Part shown: piece after piece, positions 38,841 through 51,450 of the stretch
Layout: each line of letters starts with the position of its first letter
How positions within the stretch are numbered: the stretch's first letter is position 1
Assembly: GCF_902713615.1 (NCBI RefSeq)
Contig: NC_052151.1
Location: forward strand, 89,921,304-89,985,303
DNA from: Scyliorhinus canicula
Lineage: Eukaryota
Length of the DNA stretch: 64,000 nt
Direction: 5' to 3'
Position numbers and translations under genes: made by a program
Notes under the pieces: model-generated
Database searches by the model: none
What the model saw: the letters and a program-made list of their open reading frames with translations, nothing else
What the model was told of the DNA's origin: nothing

Positions 38841-40977
38841 CATAGAATCCCTAAAGTACAAAAGGAGGCCATTCCGTCCAGTCTTCACTGACTCTGAAAA
38901 AGCACGGCAGCTCCTACTTTTAAAGAAGCACAAAAACTGGCATTGCAAATACTCACAAAAACAATTTTTTTATCCAGTTAAACTACAGTCATCCAGTTTG
39001 TTGTTCTATTCTGGCCGAGGCAAACAGATCATTTTGACCTGCAGTCCTTAGTGTTGCCCTTAGTGTCCAAAAAGGTACGGTGGGGTTGCTGGGTTACGGG
39101 GATAGGTTGGAAGTGTGGGCTTAAATGGGGTGCTCGTTCCAGGGGCCAGTGCAGACTCGATGGGCCGAATGGCCTCCTTCTGCACTGTAAATTCTATGAT
39201 TCTAAGATTTTATGATTCTATGATAAACTGGGGGATTAGAAGACCCCCCCCCCCCCACCCGAGTTATGCCCCATCGCACATGTCGAGACCACAAAGCAAC
39301 TGTTGACAAAGACACTGCCTCACTGGTTGAGGAACTAGTCAGGGATGCCAATGACATCATCAGTATATCATGTGACTGAACTCTTAACGTTCCAACTGGG
39401 AACAAACATCAGTACACAACAAGTTCCTCCCCCTTTACATCAGTGGTTCCTGAAATGAAACACAATATAACATTAACAATCAAAATGCACAGTGTGAACA
39501 GGTAATAAACAGAACAATCAATAAATTAAAAGTTTCAGAGGACTTCAATTTTGGTGTGGTTTTTGGTGAACCACAGGAGTCGGCTTTTTCATGCTGACTC
39601 TAACTTCTGGTGTATTTCGTGTAATTTGAATATCGTCCGTTGTTGTCTCAACTGGAGTCAACCTAGAAATTGAAGGTTGACGCGGTGTTGAAATGTCATC
39701 AACTGAGGTACAATCTTCCAAAGTCTTTTCTGGTATTGTCAGGTTCTCAAGTATGTACAGGTCTTCACTTGGTAGAGTTTGTTGCACACTCTCAGTTGAC
39801 TGTCTTCGGCAACCTTGTTCTAGTTGCTAAAGGTTGATCAGCATGCCGTATCCACACTACATTGTCCCAAGTTTGACTTGTGTAGGAGACTGGGTCCTGT
39901 CTTTGCTAATACGATGGCAGGTACCCACTTCTTACTGGTGGTATAGTTCCTTGCCAATACTTGTTGACCTTTATAAAAAATACTGTTTAGCCTTGTTCTC
40001 ATGTTGCAAAACCTGATTTGGCTGCTTCTTCACAATTTTCACTTCAGAGGCTACGATCTTTCATTTACACTGCTGAGCGTGATACATCCAGGATAGATCT
40101 TCGCTGGAGTAGGTTGGGGCTGACGTTCACTTCATTGCAGTGTTAGTGTCAGCCTACTTGTGACAATAATAAAGATTATTATTATTATTCTGCGAGTGTT
40201 GAAGTTCTCCGACTTCACTCAAGCTCTGTTTCCAGCCTCCTTAGTTCTTGCCCCAGGCTGTCGATTTGGTTTTTGATGCCAACCGCTGCCCCTCCAGACT
40301 GCATACCGGGGCCGCCTTTGCCTGAATTTCATGGCACAGCTTCTGCGGTGCCTTTTCCAGATTGTGGCGTGATTCTGTCAGACCCTGTGTCTCCCCCATC
40401 AAGGTTTCATTCTCGCTGCATTCACCCTTCCGTTTTAGGCCATGTTTCTGGGATGCAACTTTTAACCTCTCCAGCTGAAGCTGTTGCTCCTGAGGATTTC
40501 CAAAAGGGTTCTCACCCATTAAGAACATAACAAATTTAGACCTTAAGCAAAGTCAGGTTACAGTAATTCTTTTTCAGTATACTTTTGAGTTTCATTTTTG
40601 TCAAAGCATTCATATGCCTCTTCTGTCAGCTCTTTTGTTTCCTGAACTACATTTGTTGCAGTATGTATTGAGTCTTTGTCGTCTTGGTCCCAGTACTGCT
40701 AGCCTGAGCCTTGGCCACAGCTCCATTTTTCAGCAGCTTCTACTTTCTGTTCCTTTAGGTTGTTGGTTGGGCCTACTTCAGACTCTGACATGAAATTCAC
40801 CTCGGCCCAGTTTAGCTTAAGTCTCTTCAGCCAGGTTCTCCACATTGAACCTTTAATAACGGAAGGGACAAGTCTGCGGTTCTGTCCATTTAACTGTATA
40901 TTTAACTTGAGACAACCCCTTAACGGAACTACTTCTCTGAGATAGGTTTTGAGTATTATCTTTGAGGGTGCCAATCA

Positions 40978-41170
40978 TGGTGCCGAGGTCCCAGATTTGA
41001 TCCTTGCCCTGGGTCACTGTCTGTGTGGAGTTTGCACGTTCTCCCCCCCTGTTTGCGTGGGTTTCAGCCCCACAACCCAAAGATTTGCAGGGGAGGTGGA
41101 TTGGCCACGCTAAATTGCCCCTTAATTGGATAAAAATAATTGAACTCTAAATTTTAAAAAAAAATGTTTT
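40978..41170 (+). mobile_element. HE1-type SINE inside Gypsy
   Basis: TSD atctttgag(g/t)gtgccaa. Confidence 0.88.
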
Positions 41171-42491
41171 TAATCTTTGAGTGTGCCAAGGCAATATGTC
41201 ATAGTTTCTCTTGGTAAACAGTTTCTGGGACCAACAAAATTGCTGCGACAGTATCCCTCTTCATTTTTACTGGTTGTCTGTCCAGTAAAGGAATGACCCA
41301 CTAATAGTTCGCTGCGCCCACAATGGCCAGTATGTTCAATGACAGTTTGGCATCAGACTGCTCCTTTTCCGTGCTCTTTTAGTATCACGTGGGTACTCTT
41401 CCCCCTATTTGATTTTTCATTTGATGTACTTTGTTCTTTTGTTTTATAATTCTTGTTTGAAACTTGTTGCTTCTTTCTCCAACACACATGCTTGATGTGC
41501 CCCTTTTTATCACAATTCCTAAATTTTGCATCTCTACTCCAGCAATCAGTTGCTGTGTGCCCAGTCTTTGCACATCAACGGCAATTTCAAACCTGTGTCT
41601 GGATTCGGGTCTCAGCGAAATATTTATTGATTTTAATGATCAAGCTTAATTGTTGAGCTTCCTTTGATGCTGATCCAAAGCGATCGTGACTTCTAAAGCC
41701 TTCTTTCGGTTTAAGTTACTTTCTGTCAGCAGCCTTTTTTGGATAGCCTCACTTCTTAACCCACACACTAGTCCGTCCCTAATGGTGTCATTCAAGGCAT
41801 CTCTAAAGTCACAGTATTCAGCCAATTTCTTAAAGTAGGTATGAATTGTGAGATTGATTCACCACATAAATGTTAGTTACATTTATGGAACTTGAATCCC
41901 TCGGCAATAGCCAGATTTTGAGGTGAGAAGGGGCCCTGCACTAGCTCCACGATTTCACAATAGGTTTTCCAATCTGGTTTTTCTGGTAGCACCAGACTGC
42001 GCGGGAGATTGTAAGTTGTCCATCGTACTCAGGAAATTCGGGACTGCTATGTCTGCCAAAATTTTGTTTGTCTGAACAAAGTATTTGAATCTTTCAATGT
42101 ATGGCAGCATTCGGTGCTTTCATTACACGGTCCAATGGTCCCAAAAACCCCTGCCATTTTATGATGTGAAGGCTTGCATAAGCACAAATGTGCCACAAAG
42201 CTTTTAGTACTACCCGCTTCTTTTTTCTCCTTCAAACAATGTAACACTGAGCTCAGCCTGTTTTTTCCAAGTTTGGAACACACCCAGCTCTAAACTATTG
42301 TTGCAGAGTATTTGTTACTTGCTACTCATAAGCAAAGGGAGCACTGTTCCAGAACTTTCCAAGCAGAGCCTCTGGCAAGTTTCTTTTGATGCTGTTTTCA
42401 CCAAAAGCTTTCTTTGAATTTTGGTTACTTCGATGTTTGCTGCCATTATATATCCGTCACCAGTTTTGGTGTAGCAATATTTTTTAGCTTC

Positions 42492-42722
42492 TTTTTTTTT
42501 TTTTATAAATTTAGATTAGCCAATTATTTTTTCCAATTAAGGGGCAATTTAGCGTGGCCAATCCACCTACTCTGCACATTTTTGGGTTGTGGGGGCGAAA
42601 CCCACGCAGACACGGGGAGAACGTGCAAACTCCACACGGACAGTGACCCAGAGCCGGGATCGAACCTGGGACCTCAGCGCCGTGAGGCGGTTGTGCTAAC
42701 CACTAGGCCACCGTGCTGCCCT
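42492..42722 (-). mobile_element. Young HE1-type SINE
   Basis: TSD tttttagcttctt. Confidence 0.9.
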
Positions 42723-43102
42723 TTTTTTTTTTAGCTTCTTATTCCTTTTTGGATATTTGCACACAGATCAATGATTTTTCTATTTTTCTTTCTTCTCCGG
42801 GAGTCTGATAAAATGGTTCTGAACACCCTGTCGCCAGTTTCTTTGAGGTATTTTTAAAGGTTAGGTTTGCAGACCACAAAGGCACAAAGAAGAGCTTTAG
42901 TGGAAAGATGTTTTCTCATAGGCTGCTAGAACAGACTGATTGTCAGATCCCCCCAAACTGCCAATGATGTCACCAGTGTGTCATGTGATCAAGCTCTTAA
43001 AGTGACCTTGTTCCAACTAAGAACAAACATTACTACACAATATTGGGGCCCTTATTCCTGGGGAAAACCTGCTGCTGGACACGTAAGTGCCCGTTGGTAG
43101 AG

Positions 43103-43325
43103 TGGCATGGTGGTTCAGTGGTTAGCAGTGCTGCCTTACAACGCTGAGGACCTGGGTTTGATCCTGGCCCTGGGTCACTGTCCATGTGGAGCTTGCACAT
43201 TCTTCCCGTGCCTGCCTGGGTCTCAGCCCCACAACCCAAATATGTACAGTGTAGGTGGATTGACCACGCTAAATTGACCCTTAATTGGAAAAATAAAATT
43301 GGATACTTTAAAAAAAAATTTTTTA
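43103..43325 (+). mobile_element. HE1-type SINE
   Basis: HE1 head and tail. Confidence 0.85.
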
Positions 43326-43749
43326 AAGAAAATAATTCACCATCATTACCTCTCTAAAACCGAATGCAACTTCAGGATGTTGGACGTGGGCAGGTTAGCA
43401 CAGAAATCCTGCTTATGTCACTCAGGGCTCCAACACTGGCTGCACTGTGGCACCTCTCTGCCCCAGAGTTGGCAATCGCCAAACGTTTCAAGTTTTGTCC
43501 CCACATTGCTGTTTCAAACACTTTAAAAAATTTCATCTGGTTCAATCAGCTCTAACTGGATTTTTTAAGGGTGATGTGATTGATAAAATTTGGCAAACAG
43601 CAGAGCTGGCTCCAAAAAATATAATTTTATTATCATGAGCACTGTTAGTGATTAATTAGACATTTAACCAATTTTGTGCATGTAATTTTTTTAAACAAAG
43701 GTTTTTTCAGAAAATTTTAACTTCTGCCTTCACCACATATATATAGGGT

Positions 43750-44068
43750 CATAGATTCATTACAGTGCAGAAGGAGGCCATTCGGCCCATCATGTCTGCA
43801 CCGACTCTTCGAGAGAGCACCGTATCCAGGCCCACTCTCCCATCCACCCCGCCTTTTCCCTGTAACCTAACATCCCTGGACACTAAGGGGCAATTTAGCA
43901 TGGACAATCCCACTCACCTGCACATCTTTGGACTGTGGGCAAAAACCAGGGCACCCAGAGGAAACCCATGCAGACACAGGTAGAGCATGCAAACTCCACA
44001 GAGACAAGGCTGGAATTGAACCCAGGTGCTGTAAGGCAGCAGTGCTAACCACTCTGCCACCATGCTGC
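43750..44068 (-). mobile_element. HE1-type SINE with CR1-like tail
   Basis: Reverse HE1. Confidence 0.85.
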
Positions 44069-44770
44069 ATGTCCCAATTTTTAATTGCTCTGTGTAAAAT
44101 ACTTGAAAAACATTTTTATTTTAGTGCTTCTAGATTCCTGTTTGCGTGTCTTTGAAAACCTTTCAAGGTGATTGGCTACTTAAAGAGCTTGATGACATCA
44201 CTGTTGCTCCACACTGCAAATCTTCAGTAAAGGACACTGTAATCAATTACACTACCCCCGCATGGAGGCAGAGGTGAAAATTCTCACCTGGGAGACCACT
44301 TCATGGTCAACAGTGAGTGGCCTAGACTTCCAGTGACGGGGATATGCTGAGAGATATGAGATGCCGGACAAGTGGTTGAGTCAGGGACATTGACAACATT
44401 TGAAAGGCATTTGGATAGAAACATGGATAGGAAAGGTTTAGAGGAATATGGGCCAACTGCAGGCAAATGTGATTAGCTGAGATGGGCTTTTTGGTTGGCA
44501 TGGACAGTTTGGACCGAAGGGCCTGTCTCGTGCTGTAGATTCTATGATTCTATGATCAGGTGACCTCCTCCAGAACTCAGCAATATAGACACTTTTGGCT
44601 GAATTTAGTCTGACAAAGCGGACTCATTCAGCCCCTCAGCCACAAAGACAGCAGAGAGGACAAGAATGGCAGGAAACAGTAGCTTTAGAGGCTGTAGTGA
44701 CGCCAGAAACTGCGGAAAAGGGCTGTGCAGAGAGCAAGCGGGTCAGCGGACCCACTCCCGGGCAGCAGGC

Positions 44771-44803
<33 letters not shown>

Positions 44804-45680
44804 CCATCAGGAGATGGTTGGAAGACATTCCTATCTAACTAACCACAATGAAGGACGAAATTAAGGAGGAGATTCAAACAGTGGCAGTGACGGAGATGCT
44901 GGCCGCCATGCTGATGGCGCTCGACGGCATGGGAAGGAGGCTGGAGGCCCAAGGGAAAACGATGTAGGAACTTGAAAAGGCATTGACGGACCAGAGCAAC
45001 CGAATTGTCACCCTGGAGGAAAAGATAAATAGGTTGGAGGCGACCCAGGGGACCGTGAAAGGGAAGGTCGAGGACAAAGAGAACCAATCCTAGCAATAAA
45101 ATATTTAGATAGTGGGCCTGCCAGAGGAAATTGAGGGCAGAGACCCAACCGACTATGTGGCCCAGATGCTGGTCACCCTGGTTGGAAGGGACAGCTTCTC
45201 CAAACCTCTGGAAAATGACAAGGCTCACAGGTCGCTCCAACCAAACCCAAGGCCAGCGAGCAGCTCAGGGCAATAATAGCCAAGCTGCACAGATACCAGG
45301 ATGAGGATCAGGATTATGGTCTTATAGGATCCTGTGCTGTGCTCAGTAGAGAAATGCAGGCAGTTGGAAAAGACACAGGATAAACGTATACCAAGACTTT
45401 GGGGCGGACCTGGACAAGCGCAGGGCCGAATTCAAACATACAATGTCAGCCCTGTACAAAAATAATGTTAAATTTGGGATATTATTCCCAGCCAGGCTCT
45501 TGGTGACGTACCAGAACAAGGAGCACTAGTTTCCTACCCCAGCAGAGGCGGAAGAGTTCATCCACACAAACAGACTAGACAAAAGGCAAACGAGGCAGCG
45601 GTGAGGAAGACTCAGAGAGAGAAAGCGATGGAAATGGACAATTTTGCGTGGGACTGCACTGCCTCACTTTGAGCAAGGGA

Positions 45681-45955
45681 ATTAGAGTCCCTACAATGTA
45701 GAAGGAAACCACTTGGCCATCAAGTATGCACCGGCCCTCTGAAATTGCACCCTACCTGGGCTCAATCCCCCAACCTTTCACCATAACCACATCTAGGGGT
45801 AATTTAGCACAGCCAGTCCACCTAACCTGCACATCTTTGGATTGTGGGAGGAAACCCACACAGAAACGAGAAGAATGTGCAAAATCCACGCAGTCATTCG
45901 AGGTTGGAATCAAATCCAGGTCTCTGGCGCTGTGAGGCAGCAGTGATAACCTTTG
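45681..45955 (-). mobile_element. HE1-type SINE
   Basis: Reverse HE1 abutting the inverted duplicate. Confidence 0.8.
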
Positions 45956-46572
45956 TGCCCACTGATAATGCCATTGAATGCGAAAAGGCGAAATCCTTCC
46001 TTGTTGAAGAGGACCTTGTTGAAGAGAACTGTTACTTGCCACTTGTGTGGCATGGATGTCACTTGCGACGTACCAGCCCAAGCCTCAATGCTGTCCAGTT
46101 CTTGCTGCATATGTACACTGCTGCTTTAGTGTCTGACAAATTGCAAATGATGTTAAACATTGTGCAATCATCAGCGAACAGTAATTGAAAAGCAGTTGAA
46201 GATGGTTAGGCCCAGGGCTGTCCATTGTAGAAATGCTCTGATTTTAATTTTCATTGACGTCAGTGAAAATGAGATTCGGGTGATATCCACAACAGCAGTT
46301 TTATATGACAATAGCAAGTTATGGTGCTCTTCACCTCAAATTTTGAGTGTTGTAAGTGCATGTTAATACATTTGAGATCGGGAATGGCAATTCTTCAACA
46401 AGTAGACAATTATGTTTATTTACAAAATAAACATACACACTTTTCCTCTGGTTATCACATAGCTATATATGTTAATGATCAACACTTGCAATTCTCTTTT
46501 CAGTACTATCATGTTTAAATGTATTTTTCCAGAGAAAAGATTTGAAAAAAAGTTACATTTAATTGTTAGTGT
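45956..46572 (-). repeat. Inverted duplicate of HDAC intron segment 1503-1512 plus 1718-2371
   Basis: Direct reverse-complement alignment; the ORF track shows the same peptides on opposite strands (KQLKMVRPRAVH... and MGWYVASDIHATQ...). Confidence 0.95.
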
Positions 46573-46574
46573 TA

Positions 46575-47012
46575 TAGAATCATAGAATCAAAGAATTTAC
46601 AGTGCAGAAGAAGGCCATTTGGCCGATCGAACCTGTACTGGCTCCTGAAAGAGCACCCTACCTCTTTTTGTTTCTTAAAATAAATTTAGAGTACCCAATT
46701 CATTTCTTCCAATTAAAGGGCAACTTAGCGTGGCCAATCCACCTACCCTGCACATCTTTGGGTTTTGGGGCAAAACCCACGCAAAGACAGGGAGAATGTG
46801 CAAATTCCACACGGACAGTGACCGAGATCCGGGATCGAACCTGGGACCTCGGCGCCGGGAGGCAGCAGTGCTACTCACTGTGACACCGTGCTGCCTATGA
46901 AAGTGCACCCTACCTAAGCCCACCACCTCCACCCAACCCCGTAACCCAAAAACCCCCACCAAGCCTTTGGACACTACGGGTCAATAAACGTGACCAATCC
47001 ACCTAATTCACA
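46575..47012 (-). mobile_element. HE1 SINE nested in an HE1 SINE tail
   Basis: Inner copy about 46670-46896 with TSD gaaag(a/t)gcaccctacct. Confidence 0.85.
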
Positions 47013-48230
47013 TAGGTTTAAAAAAAAAGATAGGAAAGGAGGGGCGGGGGTAGCAAAGCACAGGGAGGGTGAGGATGAGACAGAGAAGACGTCAACAGAA
47101 TGGGCATAGGAGGAGGTCAGATCAAGCCCGGGAGGGGGGCCACCACACTAGTGGGGAAAGCTAGTGCCGGGAAGCATGAGAGAGAGGGGTGCATGGTGCA
47201 TCTCCCAGTAGGGAGTGTGTCTGGTGGGGGGAGGGTGGAAACACAGGGATGGGGGTGGGGGGGGGGGGGGGGGGTAGTAGAGGGGCAGATAGAAAATGGA
47301 GGGCTCTGGGGTGGAGGGGGAGGGTGGCGGAGGGCAGAGTGCAGGATAGAAGGGAGAACCGAGACCAACAGGGAACACAGCGATTTAAGGGGGGGAGAGC
47401 TCTAGGCTGGCTTCGTCAGGTCAGGTTCGGCAAGGTGGAACAAGATGGCACTGCAAGGGACCTTTGGAGGGTCCCTAATCAAAGGGAAACCCCGGAGTGC
47501 AGGGGCTCACCCACATGACGTACACACAGTTGGAAAAAAATAATTGGGTACTCTAAATTTATTTTTTAAAAGGATTTAACGGCCCAGAGAATAGATCCGG
47601 AGACTTTGCGCACCTGAAAAGTATGAGAGCCGACATAGTCTTCCTCCAAGAGACGCAGCTGAGGGAGAAGGGCCGACTGTGGGTAAGGAAGGGCTGTGTG
47701 GGACAGACATACAATTCCTGCTATGGGATGAGATCAAAGTTGGTGGCAATTTTGATAAGCAAGAAGTCGGTGTTCACGGCGACAAAGACACTTCCGGATA
47801 AAGGTGGAGCGGTATGTTATGGTCAGCAGTTTCCGAAACAGGGCACCGGTAGACCTGGCAAACATGTACGTACCCAACTAGGATGACACGTGTAAAAAAG
47901 ACCGTGGCGTAAATCTCCAACATAGATAGAGACCCAGTGATCATGAGGGGGGGAAACATCAACTGTGTGCCGGACCCACAGATAGAGCAAGCCACAAAAT
48001 GGGGAAAACAACAGGTATGGCTAGGGAACTGGGAACGTTTATGGAGCAGATGGGGCCAGTGGACCAATGGCAGTTCATGCACCCAGTTGAGATGGAATTC
48101 TCGTTCTTCTCACCAGTACACAAGTTTGACACCTGCACGACTCTTTGCAATGAGGAAATCGGTGCTTCAAGAAATAGTCAGAGCGGAATACTCTGTAATC
48201 GTAATCTCCAACTACCCTCCACATTATATG

Positions 48231-48457
48231 GTAAGAAGTCTTACAACACCAGGTTAAAGTCCAACAGGTTTGATTCAAACACGAGCTTTCGGAGCGCAGC
48301 TCCTTCCTCAGGTGAATGAACTTCCTGGTCCTTACATCACCTGAGGAAGGAGCTGCGCTCCGAAAGCTCGTGTTTGAATCAAACCTGTTGGACTTTAACC
48401 TGGTGTTGTAAGACTTCTTACTGTGCTCACCCCAGTCCAACGCCGGCATCTCCACAT
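48231..48457 (+). mobile_element. Penelope-like element: inverted pseudo-LTR pair with 11-bp TSD
   Basis: Perfect 85-bp arms at 48231-48315 and 48337-48421, 3' extension to 48457, TSD cacattatatg (48220-48230 and 48458-48468). Confidence 0.92.
48338..48372 (+). ncRNA. Minimal type I hammerhead ribozyme (mirror copy on the minus strand at 48280-48314)
   Basis: cac-CTGAGGA-a-ggagc tgc gctcc-GAAA-gctc-gtg: intact core, stems I and II, palindromic short stem III. Confidence 0.8.
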
Positions 48458-49624
48458 CACATTATATGGATGTGAGGTTGGAGACCCACCATGCCCAACA
48501 TCCCATGTGGGGGTTGGGCACAACCCTCTTGGCCAACAAGATCTTTTGCCAGAAAACATCACAGGCCATAGGTTAGTACGTTACGAATAATCAGAACGGG
48601 GAAGTCCCACCTTCCACATCTGAGTAGCACTGAAGGCTGTGATTAAGGGAGAAATTATCACCTACAAGGCCCGTAGCGAGAAGGAAGAGAGGGCAGCTAG
48701 TAAGCAACTGATTGACTCCAAACTCCAGGTCGACAGAAGGTACTCCAAGGCCCCTACTGTAGAACTTCTGGCAGAGAGGAAAAAGCTACAAATGGACTTT
48801 AATTTGCTATCCACCAGGAAAGCAGTGTACCAACTCTGTTAGACACGGTGAACCTTTTATGAGATGGAGGCAAGGCCAGCTGAGAAAGCAGGCCATGAGG
48901 GAAATAGCACAGGTAAAGGATAGCAGAGGCAGACTGGTAGCTGAACCAAAAAAGGTCAACAACACATTTGAGGCTTTCTACCGGGTCTATGCACCTCCGA
49001 AACCCCGGCAGGACTCGGAGATGAAACGGTTCCTCGATGGACTGGACACACCATTGGAGGCGGGCAATAGACAGAGAGAGCTGGAAACACCAATAGGGCT
49101 GGGAGAGGTCATGGAGAGCATCAGCTCCATGCAGGTGGGGAAGGCACTGGGACCCAATTTCTTTCCCGGCAGACGTTTGCAAAACATGCTGGCGCTCCCC
49201 CCGCATCTAAGGGAGATGTTCGTAGACTCGCCAGCGAGGGGCACCCTGCCTCCAACGCTATCATAGCCAAAAAAGACAAAGACCCAAGGGAATGCAGATC
49301 ATACAAACCCATTTCGCTGCTCAGTGTGGACGTGAAAATAATCGAAATTTTTTTTTTTAAAGAACTTCCTGGTCCTTACATTTTGTCTGTAAAGTATAAT
49401 ATTTTTTGTGGACTGGAAGTGGAACTGAACATGAAATTTTACATTAGTCAGGAAATTAAAGGGTTTAAAATAGTTCTTTCTATTAGGGGACTCAAGTTGA
49501 AATGCAGCCTGGACTAATGGAATGAAAGTCTTGGTCTGCTGGTTGTGAGTTCTCTGTGAAAGGAATTGCAACCTATTTCCCAATATCTCTTACCTTGATG
49601 ACTAGGAATATTCATTAAGAAATC

Positions 49625-49966
49625 ATATAATCATAGAATCCCTACAGTACAGAAGGAAGGCATTCGGCCCATCGAGTATGCACCAACCGTCTGAAAGAGC
49701 ACCCTACCCACGCCCAATTCCCCCCACCCCCCCACCCTATACCCAGAACCCCACCTAACCTGCATATCCTTCGGCACTAATGGGCAATTTTATCATGGTC
49801 ATTTCACCTAACCTGCACATCTTTGGACTGTGGAAGAAACCAGAGCACCCGGAGGAAGCCCACAAAGACACAGTGAGACAATACAAACTCCACAGTCACC
49901 CAAGGCCATAATTGAACCCGGGTCCCTAGCGCTGCGAGGTAGCAGTGCTAGCCATTGTACCGCCCC
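49625..49966 (-). mobile_element. HE1-type SINE
   Basis: Reverse HE1 with catagaat tail. Confidence 0.85.
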
Positions 49967-50911
49967 CGAAGACCAAGGCATTTTTTTAAACTGCAGAACA
50001 ATTTTAAGTGGTTCAGCGACTTCAGGATTTTCTATTTTCTATTTTGTTTGTCATGAACCATTCATTTATTGTATTCTTGCAAAGTATTAACAAAACATGC
50101 CATCTCTCAAGGAAATATCCTGGGAGTGTCAGTGGGGGGGATGGGTTGGGGTGGAGGTAGGGCATTTTACATGACAGTGAGCCAATCAAATTGATGTTTT
50201 TGTTTCCAGTATGTTGACAAAGGATACTCAGTTTGCACTGTCAGCGTTTTTCCATCTAAACTTTAGATCATTTCATTTTCTGTGTGTTTCCACTCAAGAA
50301 AGCTTGTGGGTATGTGATCCATGCCAACAAGAGAAATAGAAATTGTAAACGAAACAGACATTGAAAACTTACCTCAACGTCCAGGATGGAACTGAGCAAT
50401 ACAGTTCATCCACAGTCTGTACTGAGTTCGTTGATTTTAGCCAAGGTGGTGATAGGAGTAATCAATTGGCTTCAGTCCATCCTGGATTAGCAAGTGGAAG
50501 ATTCAGCCAGGGTTCGCACTCTTGATTGCTAGCCACAAGTCCCACTGGACAGTGCGGATATCAAATGAGGGGAGAAGAAAATACTGACCAGATGTGAATT
50601 CTAGGGTTTTATATCACAGGGGCCTGACATCTGGATAATATAGAACATAGATAAATGTTCAATGTGCAAATCCATGAGGAGAATATGGTCATAAAAATAA
50701 CATACTATTCAGCTACAATGTACAGGGATACTGGAAAAACACAAATTCATTAGACAAGCGGAGGAAATTACAAAATTACAAGATTAACTGGAATTTGGAT
50801 AATATCTAAAATGCTGCTCTCATGTTTCTAAAAATAAATCTGAGGCTCAGAATTGCACAGGCCACTGAAATTATAGTATGAGGTTAACAAACACGGCAGA
50901 GCCTTTGATTG

Positions 50912-51450
50912 AGGTCTTGCAGCACAGCGGGTAGCCGTCCCTACCTCTGAGCCAAAAACATCAGGTTGGAGTCCCACCCCAGGACTTTAAAAAAAAATTT
51001 AGAGTACCCAATTATTTTTTCCAATTAAGGGGCAATTTAGTGTGGCCAGTCCACCTATCCTGCACATCTTTGGGTTATGGGGGTGAAACCCACGCAGACA
51101 CGGGGAGAATGTGCAAACTCCACACGGACAGTGACCCAGGGCCAGGATTCGAACCTGGGTCCTCAGCGCCGTAGGCAACACTGCTAACCACTATGCCACC
51201 GTGCTGCCCTTCACCCCAGGACTTGATAGCCACCGAAAGTGCGTTCACAAGATGACCAAACAGGTTGATTAGCAACTTGTAATCCTTCTGGCACCTCCAT
51301 GGCAGGTGATAAAAGCGGGAGAGTTTCCTGGTCAGCCATCAGCAGAAGGCAACGGCAAACCACTGCACTAGCTTGCTAAGTGTAACTCTGGACTGTTAAC
51401 CATGGTCACCAATGCTCTTTCAGGACATGGTACCTCAAGAGGGAGAGGGA
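50912..51450 (+). mobile_element. Older tRNA-derived SINE interrupted by a young HE1 (50990-51209, minus)
   Basis: TSD caccccaggactt around the HE1; the host has a ggcaacggcaaaccact motif. Confidence 0.75.

Larger units (their letters stand above)
39284..43042 (-). mobile_element. Internally deleted Gypsy element with both LTR remnants
   Basis: LTR copies at 39284-39421 and about 42840-43042 share tgccaatga...tcatgtga...ttccaact..gaacaaacat...acacaa; polypurine tract at 39423-39437; primer-binding site tggcgacag at about 42827-42835; gag MAGVFGTIG and protease remnants. Confidence 0.8.
44285..49345 (+). mobile_element. L1-clade LINE: ORF1 (about 44850-45603), G-rich spacer, ORF2 endonuclease to RT start; 3' part lost
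   Basis: ORF1 IVGLPEEIEGRDPTDYVAQML...AHRSL; ORF2 HLKSMRADIVFLQET, YVPN, and CRSYKPISLLSVDVKI at the truncation; a CR1 tail is inserted at 44360-44555. Confidence 0.85.

Noticed and set aside
2372-45955. 44-kb inversion bounded by the inverted duplicates
   Set aside because: L1 ORF1 and ORF2 remain collinear on both sides of the distal copy, which favours an insertion.
48231-48421. miRNA precursor or CRISPR-like repeat-spacer unit
   Set aside because: The arms match Penelope pLTR copies elsewhere in the window and are flanked by a TSD; there is no array and the DNA is eukaryotic.
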